Of a stretch of DNA of 64,000 bases, positions 54,039 through 63,267 are shown in pieces. The notes below the pieces were generated by a model. The model was not told the origin of the DNA, made no database searches, and was given only the letters and a program-made list of their open reading frames with translations. A program made the position numbers and the translations under genes. This DNA is from Deltaproteobacteria bacterium (GTDB taxonomy: Bacteria; Chloroflexota; Dehalococcoidia; Dehalococcoidales; BS750m-G39), in contig JAUVYB010000008.1 in the NCBI GenBank assembly GCA_030603275.1, forward strand, positions 98 through 64,097, in the 5' to 3' direction. The number at the start of each line of letters is the position of its first letter. The stretch's first letter is position 1.

Positions 54039-56522
54039 ATGAAACAGGAAAGATTTACCGAACAGGCTCAGGAGGCCTTAGCCGCCTCCCAGGAGCTGGT
54101 TCGTCAGTACCACCACAGCCAGTGGGACGTGGAGCATATCCTGCTGGCGCTGCTCCAGCAGGAGCGCGGTCTGGTCGGCGATATCCTGCGGGAGCTTGGC
54201 GTTGACGTCGAGGCGGTCAAGCGTGAAATCGAGACCGCTCTGGAGAAGACGCCCAGAGTTACCTATGAAACGGGACAGCTTTACGCCACCCCCCGCATCG
54301 CCGACTTGATAAAGGCGGCCGGCGAGGAGGCCGATAGGCTCAAGGACGAGTTCATCGGCACCGAGCACCTGCTCATCGCCATCGCCGGTGAACAGAAGGG
54401 CGAAGTGGCCGGTATTTTAAAACGGGTGGGCGTTGACCAGGAGAAGGTCTATTCCGCCCTGCAGAAGCTCAGGGGCGGCCACCGCGTCACCGACGCCAGG
54501 GCGGAGAGCAAGTACCGCTCACTGGAAAAATACGGCCGCGACCTGACCGAGATGGCCCGCCGCGGCAAGCTGGACCCGGTGATAGGCCGCGACGACGAGA
54601 TCAAGCGGGTGATGCAGGTGCTCACCCGGCGCACCAAGAACAATCCGGTCATTGTCGGTGAGGCCGGCGTGGGTAAAACCGCCATCGCCGAGGGGCTGGC
54701 GCAGAAGATTGCCGCCGATGACGTCCCCGATTCCCTCAAAGGCAGAAAAGTAGTGGCCCTGGACATGGGAGCCCTGGTCGCCGGCAGCAAGTTCCGCGGC
54801 GAGTTTGAAGAACGGCTCAAGGCGGTCATGGACGAGGTGCGCCAGGCGCAGGGAGAGGTGATACTATTTATTGACGAAATCCATACTGTGGTCGGCGCCG
54901 GCGCCGCCGAAGGCGCTATTGATGCCAGCAACATGCTCAAGCCGGCTTTGGCTCACGGCGAGCTGCAGTGTATCGGCGCCACCACTCTGGACGAATACCG
55001 CAAGTTCATTGAAAAGGACAAGGCGCTGGAGCGCCGTCTCCAGCCGGTCTTTCTCGGTGAGCCTACGGTTGAGGACACTATTGAGATGCTTAAAGGCCTC
55101 CGCCCCCGCTACGAGGCGCACCACAAGGTCAAGATTACTGATGAGGCGCTGGAGGCAGCGGCCAAGCTCAGCCAGCGCTATATCTCGGATAGGCAGCTGC
55201 CGGATAAGGCCATTGACCTTATTGACGAAGCCGCCTCGAAGCTGCGCATCGATACCGAGAGCGCCCCGCCCGAGGTCAAATCCCTGGAGCAGGAGGTCAA
55301 GCAGCTGGCCAACGAGGAAGAAGCCGCCTCGCAGCGGCAGGACTATGAGAGGGTGGCCCAGATTAAGAGTGAGCGCCTGCGTTTAGAGGACGAATATAAC
55401 CAGGCCAAGAGTAAGTGGCTCAAAGAGGAAAAGATTGACGAGGTGGTCGGTGAAGAAGACATCGCCCATCTCATATCTAAATGGACCGGCATCCCCGTCT
55501 CCCAGATGCTGGAGGGCGAGGCCGAAAAACTGCTCCACATGGAGGAGCGTATCCACGAGCGCCTGATAAACCAGGAGGAGGCGGTCACAGCCATCTCCGA
55601 GGCCATCCGGCGCAGCCGGGCCGGGCTCAAGGACCCCCGCCGCCCTATCGGCAGCTTTATCTTCCTCGGCCCCACCGGCGTGGGCAAGACCGAGCTGGTG
55701 CGCACTCTGGCCCGCTTCCTCTTTGATGACGAGAACGCCATGGTGCGGCTGGATATGTCGGAATACCAGGAAAGGCATACTGTGTCCCGGCTTATCGGCG
55801 CCCCGCCGGGCTATGTCGGCTACGACGAAGGCGGCCAGCTTACCGAAGCGGTCAGGCGCCGCCCCTATAGAGTGATTCTCCTGGACGAAATAGAAAAGGC
55901 GCACCCCGAGGTTTTTAATAGCCTCTTACAGATACTTGACGACGGCCGCCTGACCGACGGGCACGGGCGGACGGTAGACTTCAAGAACACGGTGGTCATC
56001 ATGACCAGCAACGTCGGCGCCGAGCTAATCCGCCGCCAGATGAGTCTGGGCTTTGCCGCTGCCAAGGAAACCAAGGCGGAAAAGCTGGACTACGAAGCCA
56101 TGAAGGAGCGGGTGCTGGGGGAGATGAAAAAGACCTTCCGCCCCGAGTTCATCAACCGCATCGATGAAATCATCGTCTTCCACCAGCTGACTGCGGAGCA
56201 GCTCCGCCAGATTGTCGACCTGCTGGTCAAAGACCTTCAGGAGCGCCTGGCTGACCGCAAGCTCAATATTGAGCTCAGCGAAGAGGCCAAGTCCTGGCTG
56301 GCCAGGGAAGGCTACGACCCGGTATTCGGCGCCCGGCCCTTAAGGCGGGCTATAGAGCGCTACGTGGAAAACCCGCTCTCGGCCAAAATCCTGAGCGGCG
56401 AACTCAAAGAGGGCGATACCATCAGGGTTGATGCGGGCAAGGACGGCTTAACCTTTAACGGCAAGACCAGGAAGACGGCTAAAACGCCTAAAACGGCCAA
56501 GAAAGCCGGAGCGGCCAGATAG
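54039..56522 (+). CDS. clpC: AAA+ chaperone ClpC-type (Clp ATPase with short M-domain)
   Basis: Two AAA+ modules ([16 protein letters not shown]), a Clp_N repeat N-terminus and a short middle domain with UVR-like [10 protein letters not shown]. An LGF tripeptide fits a ClpP-docking loop. Confidence 0.85.
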   Translation: MKQERFTEQAQEALAASQELVRQYHHSQWDVEHILLALLQQERGLVGDILRELGVDVEAVKREIETALEKTPRVTYETGQLYATPRIADLIKAAGEEADRLKDEFIGTEHLLIAIAGEQKGEVAGILKRVGVDQEKVYSALQKLRGGHRVTDARAESKYRSLEKYGRDLTEMARRGKLDPVIGRDDEIKRVMQVLTRRTKNNPVIVGEAGVGKTAIAEGLAQKIAADDVPDSLKGRKVVALDMGALVAGSKFRGEFEERLKAVMDEVRQAQGEVILFIDEIHTVVGAGAAEGAIDASNMLKPALAHGELQCIGATTLDEYRKFIEKDKALERRLQPVFLGEPTVEDTIEMLKGLRPRYEAHHKVKITDEALEAAAKLSQRYISDRQLPDKAIDLIDEAASKLRIDTESAPPEVKSLEQEVKQLANEEEAASQRQDYERVAQIKSERLRLEDEYNQAKSKWLKEEKIDEVVGEEDIAHLISKWTGIPVSQMLEGEAEKLLHMEERIHERLINQEEAVTAISEAIRRSRAGLKDPRRPIGSFIFLGPTGVGKTELVRTLARFLFDDENAMVRLDMSEYQERHTVSRLIGAPPGYVGYDEGGQLTEAVRRRPYRVILLDEIEKAHPEVFNSLLQILDDGRLTDGHGRTVDFKNTVVIMTSNVGAELIRRQMSLGFAAAKETKAEKLDYEAMKERVLGEMKKTFRPEFINRIDEIIVFHQLTAEQLRQIVDLLVKDLQERLADRKLNIELSEEAKSWLAREGYDPVFGARPLRRAIERYVENPLSAKILSGELKEGDTIRVDAGKDGLTFNGKTRKTAKTPKTAKKAGAAR

Positions 56523-56585
56523 CATTATCTTAATAAGTTGTGATAAAGTATAGCCCAATAGGGTGAGTGAAAGGGACTCTAAACC

Positions 56586-57215
56586 ATGAGCCAGGAAGTT
56601 GAGCGGCGGAGCCTGCCTAAAAAGGGGATTTCCCTCGGTATCCTCACCGTGGTGGTTACCGTGGCTCTCTGTTTGGCGGTAATATTCTATAGAGACGCCC
56701 TGATGGACATAGTTCACATCGAAAAGTACGGTCTTCTGGGTGTCTTTATCTTCGCCTTCATCGCCGGCAGCGTGGTCAACTTCGTGGCTACCCCCTTCCC
56801 CTACTGGCTGCTGGTATTCACCCTGCCCTCACTGCTGGCCCCCTCTTGGGGAATCTTCGCCCCGATGTGGGTGGGGATAATTTCCGCCATTGGCGCCAGT
56901 TTGGGCCAGCTGCTTACCTTCCTGGTGGGCTATAGCAGCAGCCGTCTCTATCACAAATTCACTGTTAAAATTGATAATAGATACTATAACCGGGCCATCG
57001 GCTGGGCGCAGCGGCACGGCTCCTGGGCGGTCTTTGCCATGTCGGCGATGTTCAATCCCATCCATTTACCGATGACCATTGCCATCGCCGCCCTCCGTTA
57101 TCCGCCCCTGAAATTCTTTGTTTTCTCCCTGCTCGGCAATCTGGTCAAGAGCTTATTCATCGCTTTTTGCGGCTATTTCGGCCTGACTTCACTATTCAAC
57201 TTCTTAGGGGTATAA
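56586..57215 (+). CDS. YqaA/DedA-like (SNARE-associated/VTT family) membrane protein
   Basis: 209 aa with 5-6 TM helices and an overall YqaA-like layout. The call is made on architecture only. Confidence 0.5.
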   Translation: MSQEVERRSLPKKGISLGILTVVVTVALCLAVIFYRDALMDIVHIEKYGLLGVFIFAFIAGSVVNFVATPFPYWLLVFTLPSLLAPSWGIFAPMWVGIISAIGASLGQLLTFLVGYSSSRLYHKFTVKIDNRYYNRAIGWAQRHGSWAVFAMSAMFNPIHLPMTIAIAALRYPPLKFFVFSLLGNLVKSLFIAFCGYFGLTSLFNFLGV

Positions 57216-57224
57216 TAAGAAGTT

Positions 57225-57779
57225 ATGGAGTATCTCTGGTTCATAGCCTTGGCCGTGGTAGTGGTCGGGGTGGGCGGCTGGCAGCTGGCGGTCTGGATAG
57301 TCGAAAGCCGGGCCAAAAGCCGGCAATACAAGGCCGCCTGTGCCTGCGCCCGGGAGAAAGGCAAGCCACTGCTGGTGGCCGGCGGCCCCTGGGGCGCTAC
57401 CCGGACCCGCCACCGGTTGAACAAACCGGCTCACGGCAGCGGTGACGTCTGCTTGGATATTAACCCGCGCGCCTTTGACGGCCACCCCAGGGCGATAATG
57501 GCCAGTGTTACCCATATTCCCTTTGCCGATAAATGCTTCGGGGCCGTTTTTGCCAGCCACCTGCTGGAGCACCTGCCCACGGTGGATGCCGCCAGCCAGG
57601 CCTTGGCCGAGCTTAACCGGGTAGCCGAGGCGGTCTATATCGTCTATCCCTCGCGGCAGTCCTTCGGCGGCTGGATGGTACCCGACCACCACCTCTGGGT
57701 CTGGCAGAAGGACAACACCACCTACCTCAGGCAGAGAGGTAAATCAAACGGCAAGAGGGCGGCAGAATATTATGGTTGA
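57225..57779 (+). CDS. membrane-anchored class I SAM-dependent methyltransferase-like protein
   Basis: N-terminal TM helix, then DVCLDINP...THIPFADKCFGAVFASHLLEHLP, which resembles the Methyltransf_11 core. Confidence 0.55.
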   Translation: MEYLWFIALAVVVVGVGGWQLAVWIVESRAKSRQYKAACACAREKGKPLLVAGGPWGATRTRHRLNKPAHGSGDVCLDINPRAFDGHPRAIMASVTHIPFADKCFGAVFASHLLEHLPTVDAASQALAELNRVAEAVYIVYPSRQSFGGWMVPDHHLWVWQKDNTTYLRQRGKSNGKRAAEYYG

Positions 57780-58599
57780 ATTAGCCGGAACCGACTTTAA
57801 TAATAAAGATAGTGCGGTAGATATGGCCGATGTCGCCCTGGCCTTGTGGGAAGAAGCCCGCCATATCGGCCGCCAGCTTTTCGGCGATGATGTGGAGAAA
57901 GGCGTCGGCTTTGCCGACCGGCTCATGGCAATCTACCAGGACGCCCAGGGCAAGGACTTTCTGCTTATCCATAACCCCGGCGGCTGGGGCAACTCGCCGC
58001 TGGAAAACTGCATGCACTGGGAGAGAAGCGTGATCGCCGGAATCAGCGCCACCCTGGAAAAGCTGGGCTACAGCTGGTTCTTAAGCCAGCACTTCCGCGC
58101 CAGCGTCGGCTGGCGGGCACACCTGCGGGATATCAGGGATTACCTTCGTTTCTTTACCGTCAAGCGCCGGGTTTTAGCCGCCGAGGTGGAATTTTTAACC
58201 AAACACCTGAAAAACCTCAAGGTGATACTCATCGGCATCAGCCAGGGCGCCGGCTTCAGCAATGCGGTGATGCAGCGTTTAAGCGAGCTCAAGCGCGTTT
58301 ACAGCATAGAGCTGGGCGTCTTTTTCTTCCTCCGGCCGCGGCGGGTAATTACCGAAAGGACGCTGATAATAGACCATAACGGGCTGATGCCCGATGCCGT
58401 TTTCGAGGGGGACTTAATCACCATGGTCATGACCCTGCCCATGGCTTTCTTGCGGTGGGTCAAGTGTCGGCTCAAGGGCAAGCCAGTTAACTTCAGCCAC
58501 TGCATCAAGCTCGCCGGTCATGATTATCACTGGAAATACCCCAAGGTCAGCCAGCAGATTGGGAGCTTCCTCAAGGTCAACTTCGGCGCCAGGCGTTAG
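57772..58599 (+). CDS. hypothetical protein, possible alpha/beta-hydrolase fold
   Basis: 275 aa. GISQG (G-x-S-x-G nucleophile-elbow pattern) follows a beta-strand-like VILI. Overlaps the upstream gene by 8 nt. Confidence 0.4.
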   Translation: MVELAGTDFNNKDSAVDMADVALALWEEARHIGRQLFGDDVEKGVGFADRLMAIYQDAQGKDFLLIHNPGGWGNSPLENCMHWERSVIAGISATLEKLGYSWFLSQHFRASVGWRAHLRDIRDYLRFFTVKRRVLAAEVEFLTKHLKNLKVILIGISQGAGFSNAVMQRLSELKRVYSIELGVFFFLRPRRVITERTLIIDHNGLMPDAVFEGDLITMVMTLPMAFLRWVKCRLKGKPVNFSHCIKLAGHDYHWKYPKVSQQIGSFLKVNFGARR

Positions 58600-58607
58600 C
58601 GGTGGGG

Positions 58608-58636
58608 TTGCACTTCCGGCTGTTTTCGGCTAAATT
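58608..58636 (+). promoter_or_regulatory. promoter of tRNA-Ala (TTGCAC-17-TAAATT)
   Basis: It lies 16 nt upstream of the mature tRNA 5' end. Confidence 0.5.
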
Positions 58637-58651
58637 AGATACTGTCTTTAT

Positions 58652-58727
58652 GGGGCCGTAGTTCACTTGGGAGAACGTTTGACTGGCAGTCAAAAGGTAG
58701 GGGGTTCGAATCCCCCCGGCTCCACCA
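58652..58727 (+). tRNA. tRNA-Ala (anticodon GGC), CCA encoded
   Basis: Manual cloverleaf: acceptor GGGGCCG/CGGCTCC with the G3:U70 alanine identity pair, D stem GTTC/GAAC, anticodon stem TTTGA/TCAAA with loop CTGGCAG, and T arm GGGGG-TTCGAAT-CCCCC. Confidence 0.93.
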
Positions 58728-58825
58728 CCAGCTCTCCGCTCTATCCCCCGCGGCTGAAGCGCACCGCTACAATATCGCCGTCCTGCGCCTGACGGCAACG
58801 AAGGTGGTTAAACAGCAAGCCGATA

Positions 58826-59443
58826 CTAATCTAAGCCTGGCTTTGCCTTTTCCACAAAATGCGCCGAGGCATACCGGCATAGCCTTTGACTGCCGGGCAA
58901 TTTCTTAAACCTGGCCACTTCATCGTCACCGATAACCGCTATCGTGCCGAATCTATCCTGTATATCCTGGGCAAAAGCACAGTGCCCGCATTCATATTCA
59001 CGGTCGCAAAGACGGTAAGAGACGGCGCCGAGTTCCAGCCACAGGTGTTTCTTAGCGGCTTTTTTTGCTTCTGCCTCCCCCAGCGCCTGGGAAATCAACT
59101 TTTCCAGGTCCTCGACCTTGAAAGGCTTGGCCAGATAGTCCATCAGCCCCAGCTTTTTAGCTCTGTCCTGGGTTTCCTTGGAAGGGTAGGCGGTAATTAT
59201 TACTCCCTTGGTTTCAGGCTTAAGCTCTTTGGCATGTTCGAACACCTGCAGGCCATCGATATCCGGCAGCTTCAAATCCAGAACGATGACCCCAAACTCT
59301 TCCTTCTTAATTTTCTTTAGTGCCTCCTCCCCACTCTCGGCAACTTCAACATCATAGCCGTCCTCAACCAGCCACTCCCGCACGCTGTCCCTCACTACTG
59401 CCTCATCCTCCACGATGAGCACCTTTCTTTTCTTCGTTGCCAT
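58826..59443 (-). CDS. response regulator: receiver domain plus C-terminal Cys-rich module (RR1)
   Basis: Receiver with VEDE, acceptor VLDLKLPD and AKPF. The C-terminus has SYRLCDREYECGHCAFAQ and LPGSQRLCRYA. GGAGG RBS. Confidence 0.85.
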   Translation of the reverse strand: MATKKRKVLIVEDEAVVRDSVREWLVEDGYDVEVAESGEEALKKIKKEEFGVIVLDLKLPDIDGLQVFEHAKELKPETKGVIITAYPSKETQDRAKKLGLMDYLAKPFKVEDLEKLISQALGEAEAKKAAKKHLWLELGAVSYRLCDREYECGHCAFAQDIQDRFGTIAVIGDDEVARFKKLPGSQRLCRYASAHFVEKAKPGLD

Positions 59444-59533
59444 CGTTTTCCTCCTTCCTTAAAATAAAGGGCACGCTCTGATTTGAAGCATACCCTCTAC
59501 TATAAATCTATGTCAATAGCCGGAATTTCTTGG

Positions 59534-60550
59534 CTAAGCCTTGGTCTTCTGCTCCTTCTTCAGCAGCGCTTCCCGCCGCGCCTGTAGCTTGACCAGCTTT
59601 TGCTGCGTGGCGTCTTCCATCATCTGGCCGAACTCACAGGTGGCGCACTTGAAGGTCCGGGTGCACAGGCGGTGGGAGACGTCCCCTTTAAGGGCATAGC
59701 GGCAGAGTCTCTGGCTCCCCGGCAGTTCCTTGAACCGCTCCAGCGCCTGGTCAAGCTCAGGGGTTGCCCCGCTGGCTATTTTCTCCTGCATCATCTGGTC
59801 AAACTCGCAGGTCAGGCAGTCGTAATCCCGGGTGCACAGGCGGTAAGATACCAGCCCCATCTTCATCCACAGGCACTCCTTGGGCTTTACCTCTTCGGCG
59901 ATAGCCTCCTCCCCGGCCACTGCCTCAACCCTCGGTGTTTCCAGTGCTTCCCTTGTCTTCCGTATCCAGACACGGGCCTCGATATTGCCCGGGGCGATGC
60001 CGAGGATAGCCTCAAATTCCCTCAGTGCCTCGCCGTAGCGGCCGGCCTCAAAGTGGGCCTTGCCCTGCTTGAGGTGGACCGGTATTTCTTCCGGAGCGAC
60101 CGTTGTAACCTTCTCAACCTCCACTTCCTCAACCGCTGGCGGCTCAACTTTAGCTTTTTCAGGGGCGGCCTTGGGCTTTATCTCCACCTGCACTGGGCCC
60201 AGGGTATCCCGGATTATTTTCTCCAGCTGATTAAGGTCAAAGGGCTTGGGCAAATAATCAAGAGCCCCCTCCTTGGTTGCCTCCACCGCCGTCTCCACCG
60301 ATGGGTAAGCGGTAATAATGACCCCCTTAAGCTGTGGGCTCTTCTCCTTAGCCTCTCTTAACACCTCAATCCCGTCCTTCCCCGGCAGCTTCAGGTCAAG
60401 GATAACAATGCCAAAGTCCCGCTCGGCAATAGCTTCCAGTGCTTCCTCTCCAGCCTCAGCCGTCTCCACCTTATAACCACCGTCGGTCAGCCAGTCCCTG
60501 AGTGCCTCCCTGGTGATGGCCTCGTCCTCTACTATCAATATCGGCTTCAT
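59534..60550 (-). CDS. response regulator: receiver, TPR-like helix pair, duplicated Cys-rich module (RR2)
   Basis: The ATG at 60550 has a GGAGG RBS. The longer track ORF would run through the sigma-54 promoter. C-terminal motifs are SYRLCTRDYDCLTCEFDQ, LPGSQRLCRYA and SHRLCTRTFKCATCEFGQ. Confidence 0.85.
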   Translation of the reverse strand: MKPILIVEDEAITREALRDWLTDGGYKVETAEAGEEALEAIAERDFGIVILDLKLPGKDGIEVLREAKEKSPQLKGVIITAYPSVETAVEATKEGALDYLPKPFDLNQLEKIIRDTLGPVQVEIKPKAAPEKAKVEPPAVEEVEVEKVTTVAPEEIPVHLKQGKAHFEAGRYGEALREFEAILGIAPGNIEARVWIRKTREALETPRVEAVAGEEAIAEEVKPKECLWMKMGLVSYRLCTRDYDCLTCEFDQMMQEKIASGATPELDQALERFKELPGSQRLCRYALKGDVSHRLCTRTFKCATCEFGQMMEDATQQKLVKLQARREALLKKEQKTKA

Positions 60551-60594
60551 CTTTTTGCCTCCTTTTCTCTTTTCTATCTCCCACCCTATATGAG

Positions 60595-60610
60595 TGCAAT
60601 TTTCCTGCCA
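60595..60610 (-). promoter_or_regulatory. sigma-54 (-24/-12) promoter TGGCAGGAAAATTGCA
   Basis: Matches TGGCAC-N5-TTGCW with exact GG-N10-GC spacing. It is 45 nt upstream of the RR2 ATG and directly downstream of a sigma-54 activator gene. Confidence 0.75.
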
Positions 60611-60657
60611 AAAGAAAAGGCCACCCTTAACATTCAGGATAGCCTCTCTCATATTTC

Positions 60658-60678
60658 AAGCGTCACATTTAAACGCTT
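60658..60678. promoter_or_regulatory. inverted repeat AAGCGT-N9-ACGCTT, candidate activator binding site or weak terminator
   Basis: It sits 48-68 nt upstream of the -24 element. No T-run follows on either strand. Confidence 0.35.
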
Positions 60679-60683
60679 AAAAA

Positions 60684-62048
60684 TTATCGCTTATTGTCTA
60701 TTTTCTTTACATTTAATCTATAGGCCTTGATCTTATTATAGAGGGTCATCCGGGAAATACCCAGTATTCTAGCCGCCTCGGTATAATTTCCTCTGGCTTT
60801 GGCCAGCACATCCTGGATATGCTTTTCCTCCACCTGTTTAAGGTTCTTCGCCGGTGAGGTTGAGCCGGCCGGCATCAGCTCCTGCTGGGACAGGTCGGCA
60901 GCCTCAATAACGGAATTTTGGGCCAGGATGACGGCTCTTTCAATAGCGTTTTCCAGCTCCCGGACATTACCCGGCCAATCATGTTTCAGCAGAAAATCGG
61001 TGGCCTCAGGGGAAAATCCGGCTATCTCCTTCTGGTTCTCCAGGGCAAACCCCTTTAAGAAATGCTCAGCCAGCAGGGGAATATCCTCCGTCCTTTCTCT
61101 CAAGGGGGGCAGTTCAATGTTAACCACGTTCAGCCGGTAGTAAAGGTCTTCCCTGAATTTCCCCTGGGCTATCGCTTCTTTCATATCCACGTTGGTAGCC
61201 GAGATAACCCGCACATCAACCTTAACCGGCTCATTGCCGCCCACCCGGTTAAACTCCTTCTCCTCCAGGACTCTGAGCAAGTGGACCTGGATATTGGCGC
61301 TCATCTCGCCAATCTCGTCCAGGAACAGCGTGCCACCGTCAGCCGCCTCAAACTTCCCCTTCTTCTGGGCGTAGGCCCCGGTAAAGGAGCCTTTCTCATG
61401 GCCGAATAGCTCACTTTCCAGCAGGCTCTCGGGCAGGGCGGCGCAGCTGACGGCGACAAAGGGCCTGTCACGGCGGTAGCTCTGGGAATGGACGGCCCGC
61501 GCCACCAGCTCCTTACCGGTGCCGGTATCGCCGGTAATCAATACGGTGGCGTTGCTCTTGGCTACCATCTTGATTACCTCAATCACCTGCTGCATCCTGG
61601 AGCTTTTGGCGACGATATTCTCAAACCGGTAGCGCTCCTCCAGTTTCTGGTGCAGGGCGATGTTCTCCTCCCGCAGCCGCCGGTGCTCCATCAGCTTCTC
61701 AATCAATATCTCGGCCCGTTCCGGGCAGAAAGGCTTCTCGATGTAGTCATAAGCGCCCTCCCTGATGGCATTAATGGCGGTGGGGATGCTGCCATAGGCG
61801 GTAATGATAATCACCTCTATGCCGGGGAGTAGTTCCCTGGCCTTTTTCATCACCTCAATCCCGTCCATTCCCGGCATCACCAGGTCGGTAATAAGGACTG
61901 CCGGCTTCTCTTTCCGGATAATCTCCAGGGCCTGGGGGCCGTTCTCGGCGGTAAGCACCTGGTGGCCAACGTCGTCCAGCCAATCACGCAGCGATTCGCG
62001 GACGATGGCTTCATCATCAGCGACCAGTACTTTAGTTTTCTTCTTCAT
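60684..62048 (-). CDS. sigma-54-dependent response regulator (NtrC-type enhancer-binding protein)
   Basis: Receiver (VADDE, ITDLVMPGMDG), AAA+ core with GDTGTGKE and the GSFTGA sigma-54 contact loop, and a C-terminal Fis-type HTH (AARILGISRMTLYNKIK). Confidence 0.93.
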   Translation of the reverse strand: MKKKTKVLVADDEAIVRESLRDWLDDVGHQVLTAENGPQALEIIRKEKPAVLITDLVMPGMDGIEVMKKARELLPGIEVIIITAYGSIPTAINAIREGAYDYIEKPFCPERAEILIEKLMEHRRLREENIALHQKLEERYRFENIVAKSSRMQQVIEVIKMVAKSNATVLITGDTGTGKELVARAVHSQSYRRDRPFVAVSCAALPESLLESELFGHEKGSFTGAYAQKKGKFEAADGGTLFLDEIGEMSANIQVHLLRVLEEKEFNRVGGNEPVKVDVRVISATNVDMKEAIAQGKFREDLYYRLNVVNIELPPLRERTEDIPLLAEHFLKGFALENQKEIAGFSPEATDFLLKHDWPGNVRELENAIERAVILAQNSVIEAADLSQQELMPAGSTSPAKNLKQVEEKHIQDVLAKARGNYTEAARILGISRMTLYNKIKAYRLNVKKIDNKR

Positions 62049-63267
62049 GGTGCCGTGGCAGGTAGATAGTAAAGGTGGTACCCTCTCCTTCTTTACTCTG
62101 GACTTCTATTCGGCCTTTATGGCGCTGGATAATGCCGTAGGCCACCGCCAGACCGAGGCCCACCCCCTTCCCCTTCTCCTTGGTGGTAAAGAAGGGGGTG
62201 AACAGTTTGTGCATATTCTCTTTAGAGATACCCTGACCCGTGTCCTGGACCTCTATTTTAAGCTGATTGTCGTCGGCCGAGGTGCGCAGGGTCAGCCTGC
62301 CCCCTTTGGGCATGGCCTGAAGGGCGTTCATAATGAGGTTGAGGCTAACCTGTTGAAGCTGGTCGAAATCAGCCATAATATTAGGCAGGGAAGAGGCAAG
62401 CTCTTTGCTCACCTGGATATTCTGTAGTTGAGCCGAATGAGCAGCAAGTTCAAGGGCCCGTCCCAGGACTTCGTTGGCATTCACCTCTCTTAGAGCTGGT
62501 GGCGACTGGCGAGCAAAATCCAGAAGGTTGCGGATTAATCTGGAGCTTCGGATAAGTTCAGTCTCCATTTTAGCCAGGGATTCAAGGGCACCCTCTTTGG
62601 TGAATGTGCCGCTATTCAGCTTTTTAGCCAGCAACTGGGTATAGACCAGGACTCCGGCCAGGGGATTATTTACCTCGTGGGCAATAGAAGCCGCCATCTG
62701 ACCCAGAGAAGTCAGCTTCTCCGCCTGGATTAGCTGTTCCTGGTTTTCCCTGAGGCGTTTATCATATTGGCTGAGTTCCTTATAGGCTTTATCCAGTGCG
62801 GCACGTGCCCTTCTTTCACCCTCAATCCGGCTGAGCTGCATTGCCACCAGCGTGCCAATAAAAGCGGCAAGGATGACAAAGAGGGCCGCCCGGACGAGCG
62901 GGTCGGTGTAAGGGGAGAAAAGCAAGGCACGCGGCAGTACCACGCAGAGAAAAGTGAAGGAGGTTATCAGGCTTCCCCACACCCCGAATACCATAGCCGC
63001 GTAGACTATGGGAATGAAGAACAAGGTCCGGTGTAAATCGTGGACGCCGGTGAAAAAGCTGTGGCTAAACGGCGCCAGGCTAACCAGCGGAGTCTGGTCA
63101 ATATAGTAAACGAGAGTAAGAAAGGCCATCAGCGCCACTATTATCCAGCAATGGGGACTGCGCACGCCTCTTGGCCTCCGCTCATCGGATAGCCATGCCA
63201 CCAGCCTTCCGGCGCTGTTTTCCTCCCAGCGCTGCCAGGTGCTCTTTGGGGTGTTATCGTTGTTCAT
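62032..63267 (-). CDS. membrane sensor histidine kinase
   Basis: About 4-5 N-terminal TM helices with no large extracytoplasmic loop. H-box SIAHEVNNPL, N-box LNLIMNALQA, G-boxes VQDTGQGI and GKGVGLGL. Overlaps the activator gene by 17 nt. Confidence 0.9.
   Translation of the reverse strand: MNNDNTPKSTWQRWEENSAGRLVAWLSDERRPRGVRSPHCWIIVALMAFLTLVYYIDQTPLVSLAPFSHSFFTGVHDLHRTLFFIPIVYAAMVFGVWGSLITSFTFLCVVLPRALLFSPYTDPLVRAALFVILAAFIGTLVAMQLSRIEGERRARAALDKAYKELSQYDKRLRENQEQLIQAEKLTSLGQMAASIAHEVNNPLAGVLVYTQLLAKKLNSGTFTKEGALESLAKMETELIRSSRLIRNLLDFARQSPPALREVNANEVLGRALELAAHSAQLQNIQVSKELASSLPNIMADFDQLQQVSLNLIMNALQAMPKGGRLTLRTSADDNQLKIEVQDTGQGISKENMHKLFTPFFTTKEKGKGVGLGLAVAYGIIQRHKGRIEVQSKEGEGTTFTIYLPRHHEEEN

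Noticed and set aside
54039-56522. Calling the Clp ATPase ClpB, which is the usual HspR target.
   Set aside because: The middle domain is only about 60 aa and has a UVR-like motif, and an LGF ClpP-docking tripeptide is present. Both point to ClpC rather than ClpB.
58652-58727. An integrative element or prophage inserted at tRNA-Ala, explaining the adjacent regulatory cluster.
   Set aside because: No integrase gene is present. I saw no direct repeat of the tRNA 3' end elsewhere in the window. Flanking composition is uniform.
59534-60652. N-terminally extended ORFs from the track (RR2 from 60652, giant protein from 43158, surface protein from 39672, rho from 46937, fur from 8311, lspA from 9035).
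   Set aside because: The extensions start on weak or non-ATG codons and run over promoters, RBSs or the neighbouring gene. In each case an internal ATG with an SD or leaderless promoter gives a canonical N-terminus.
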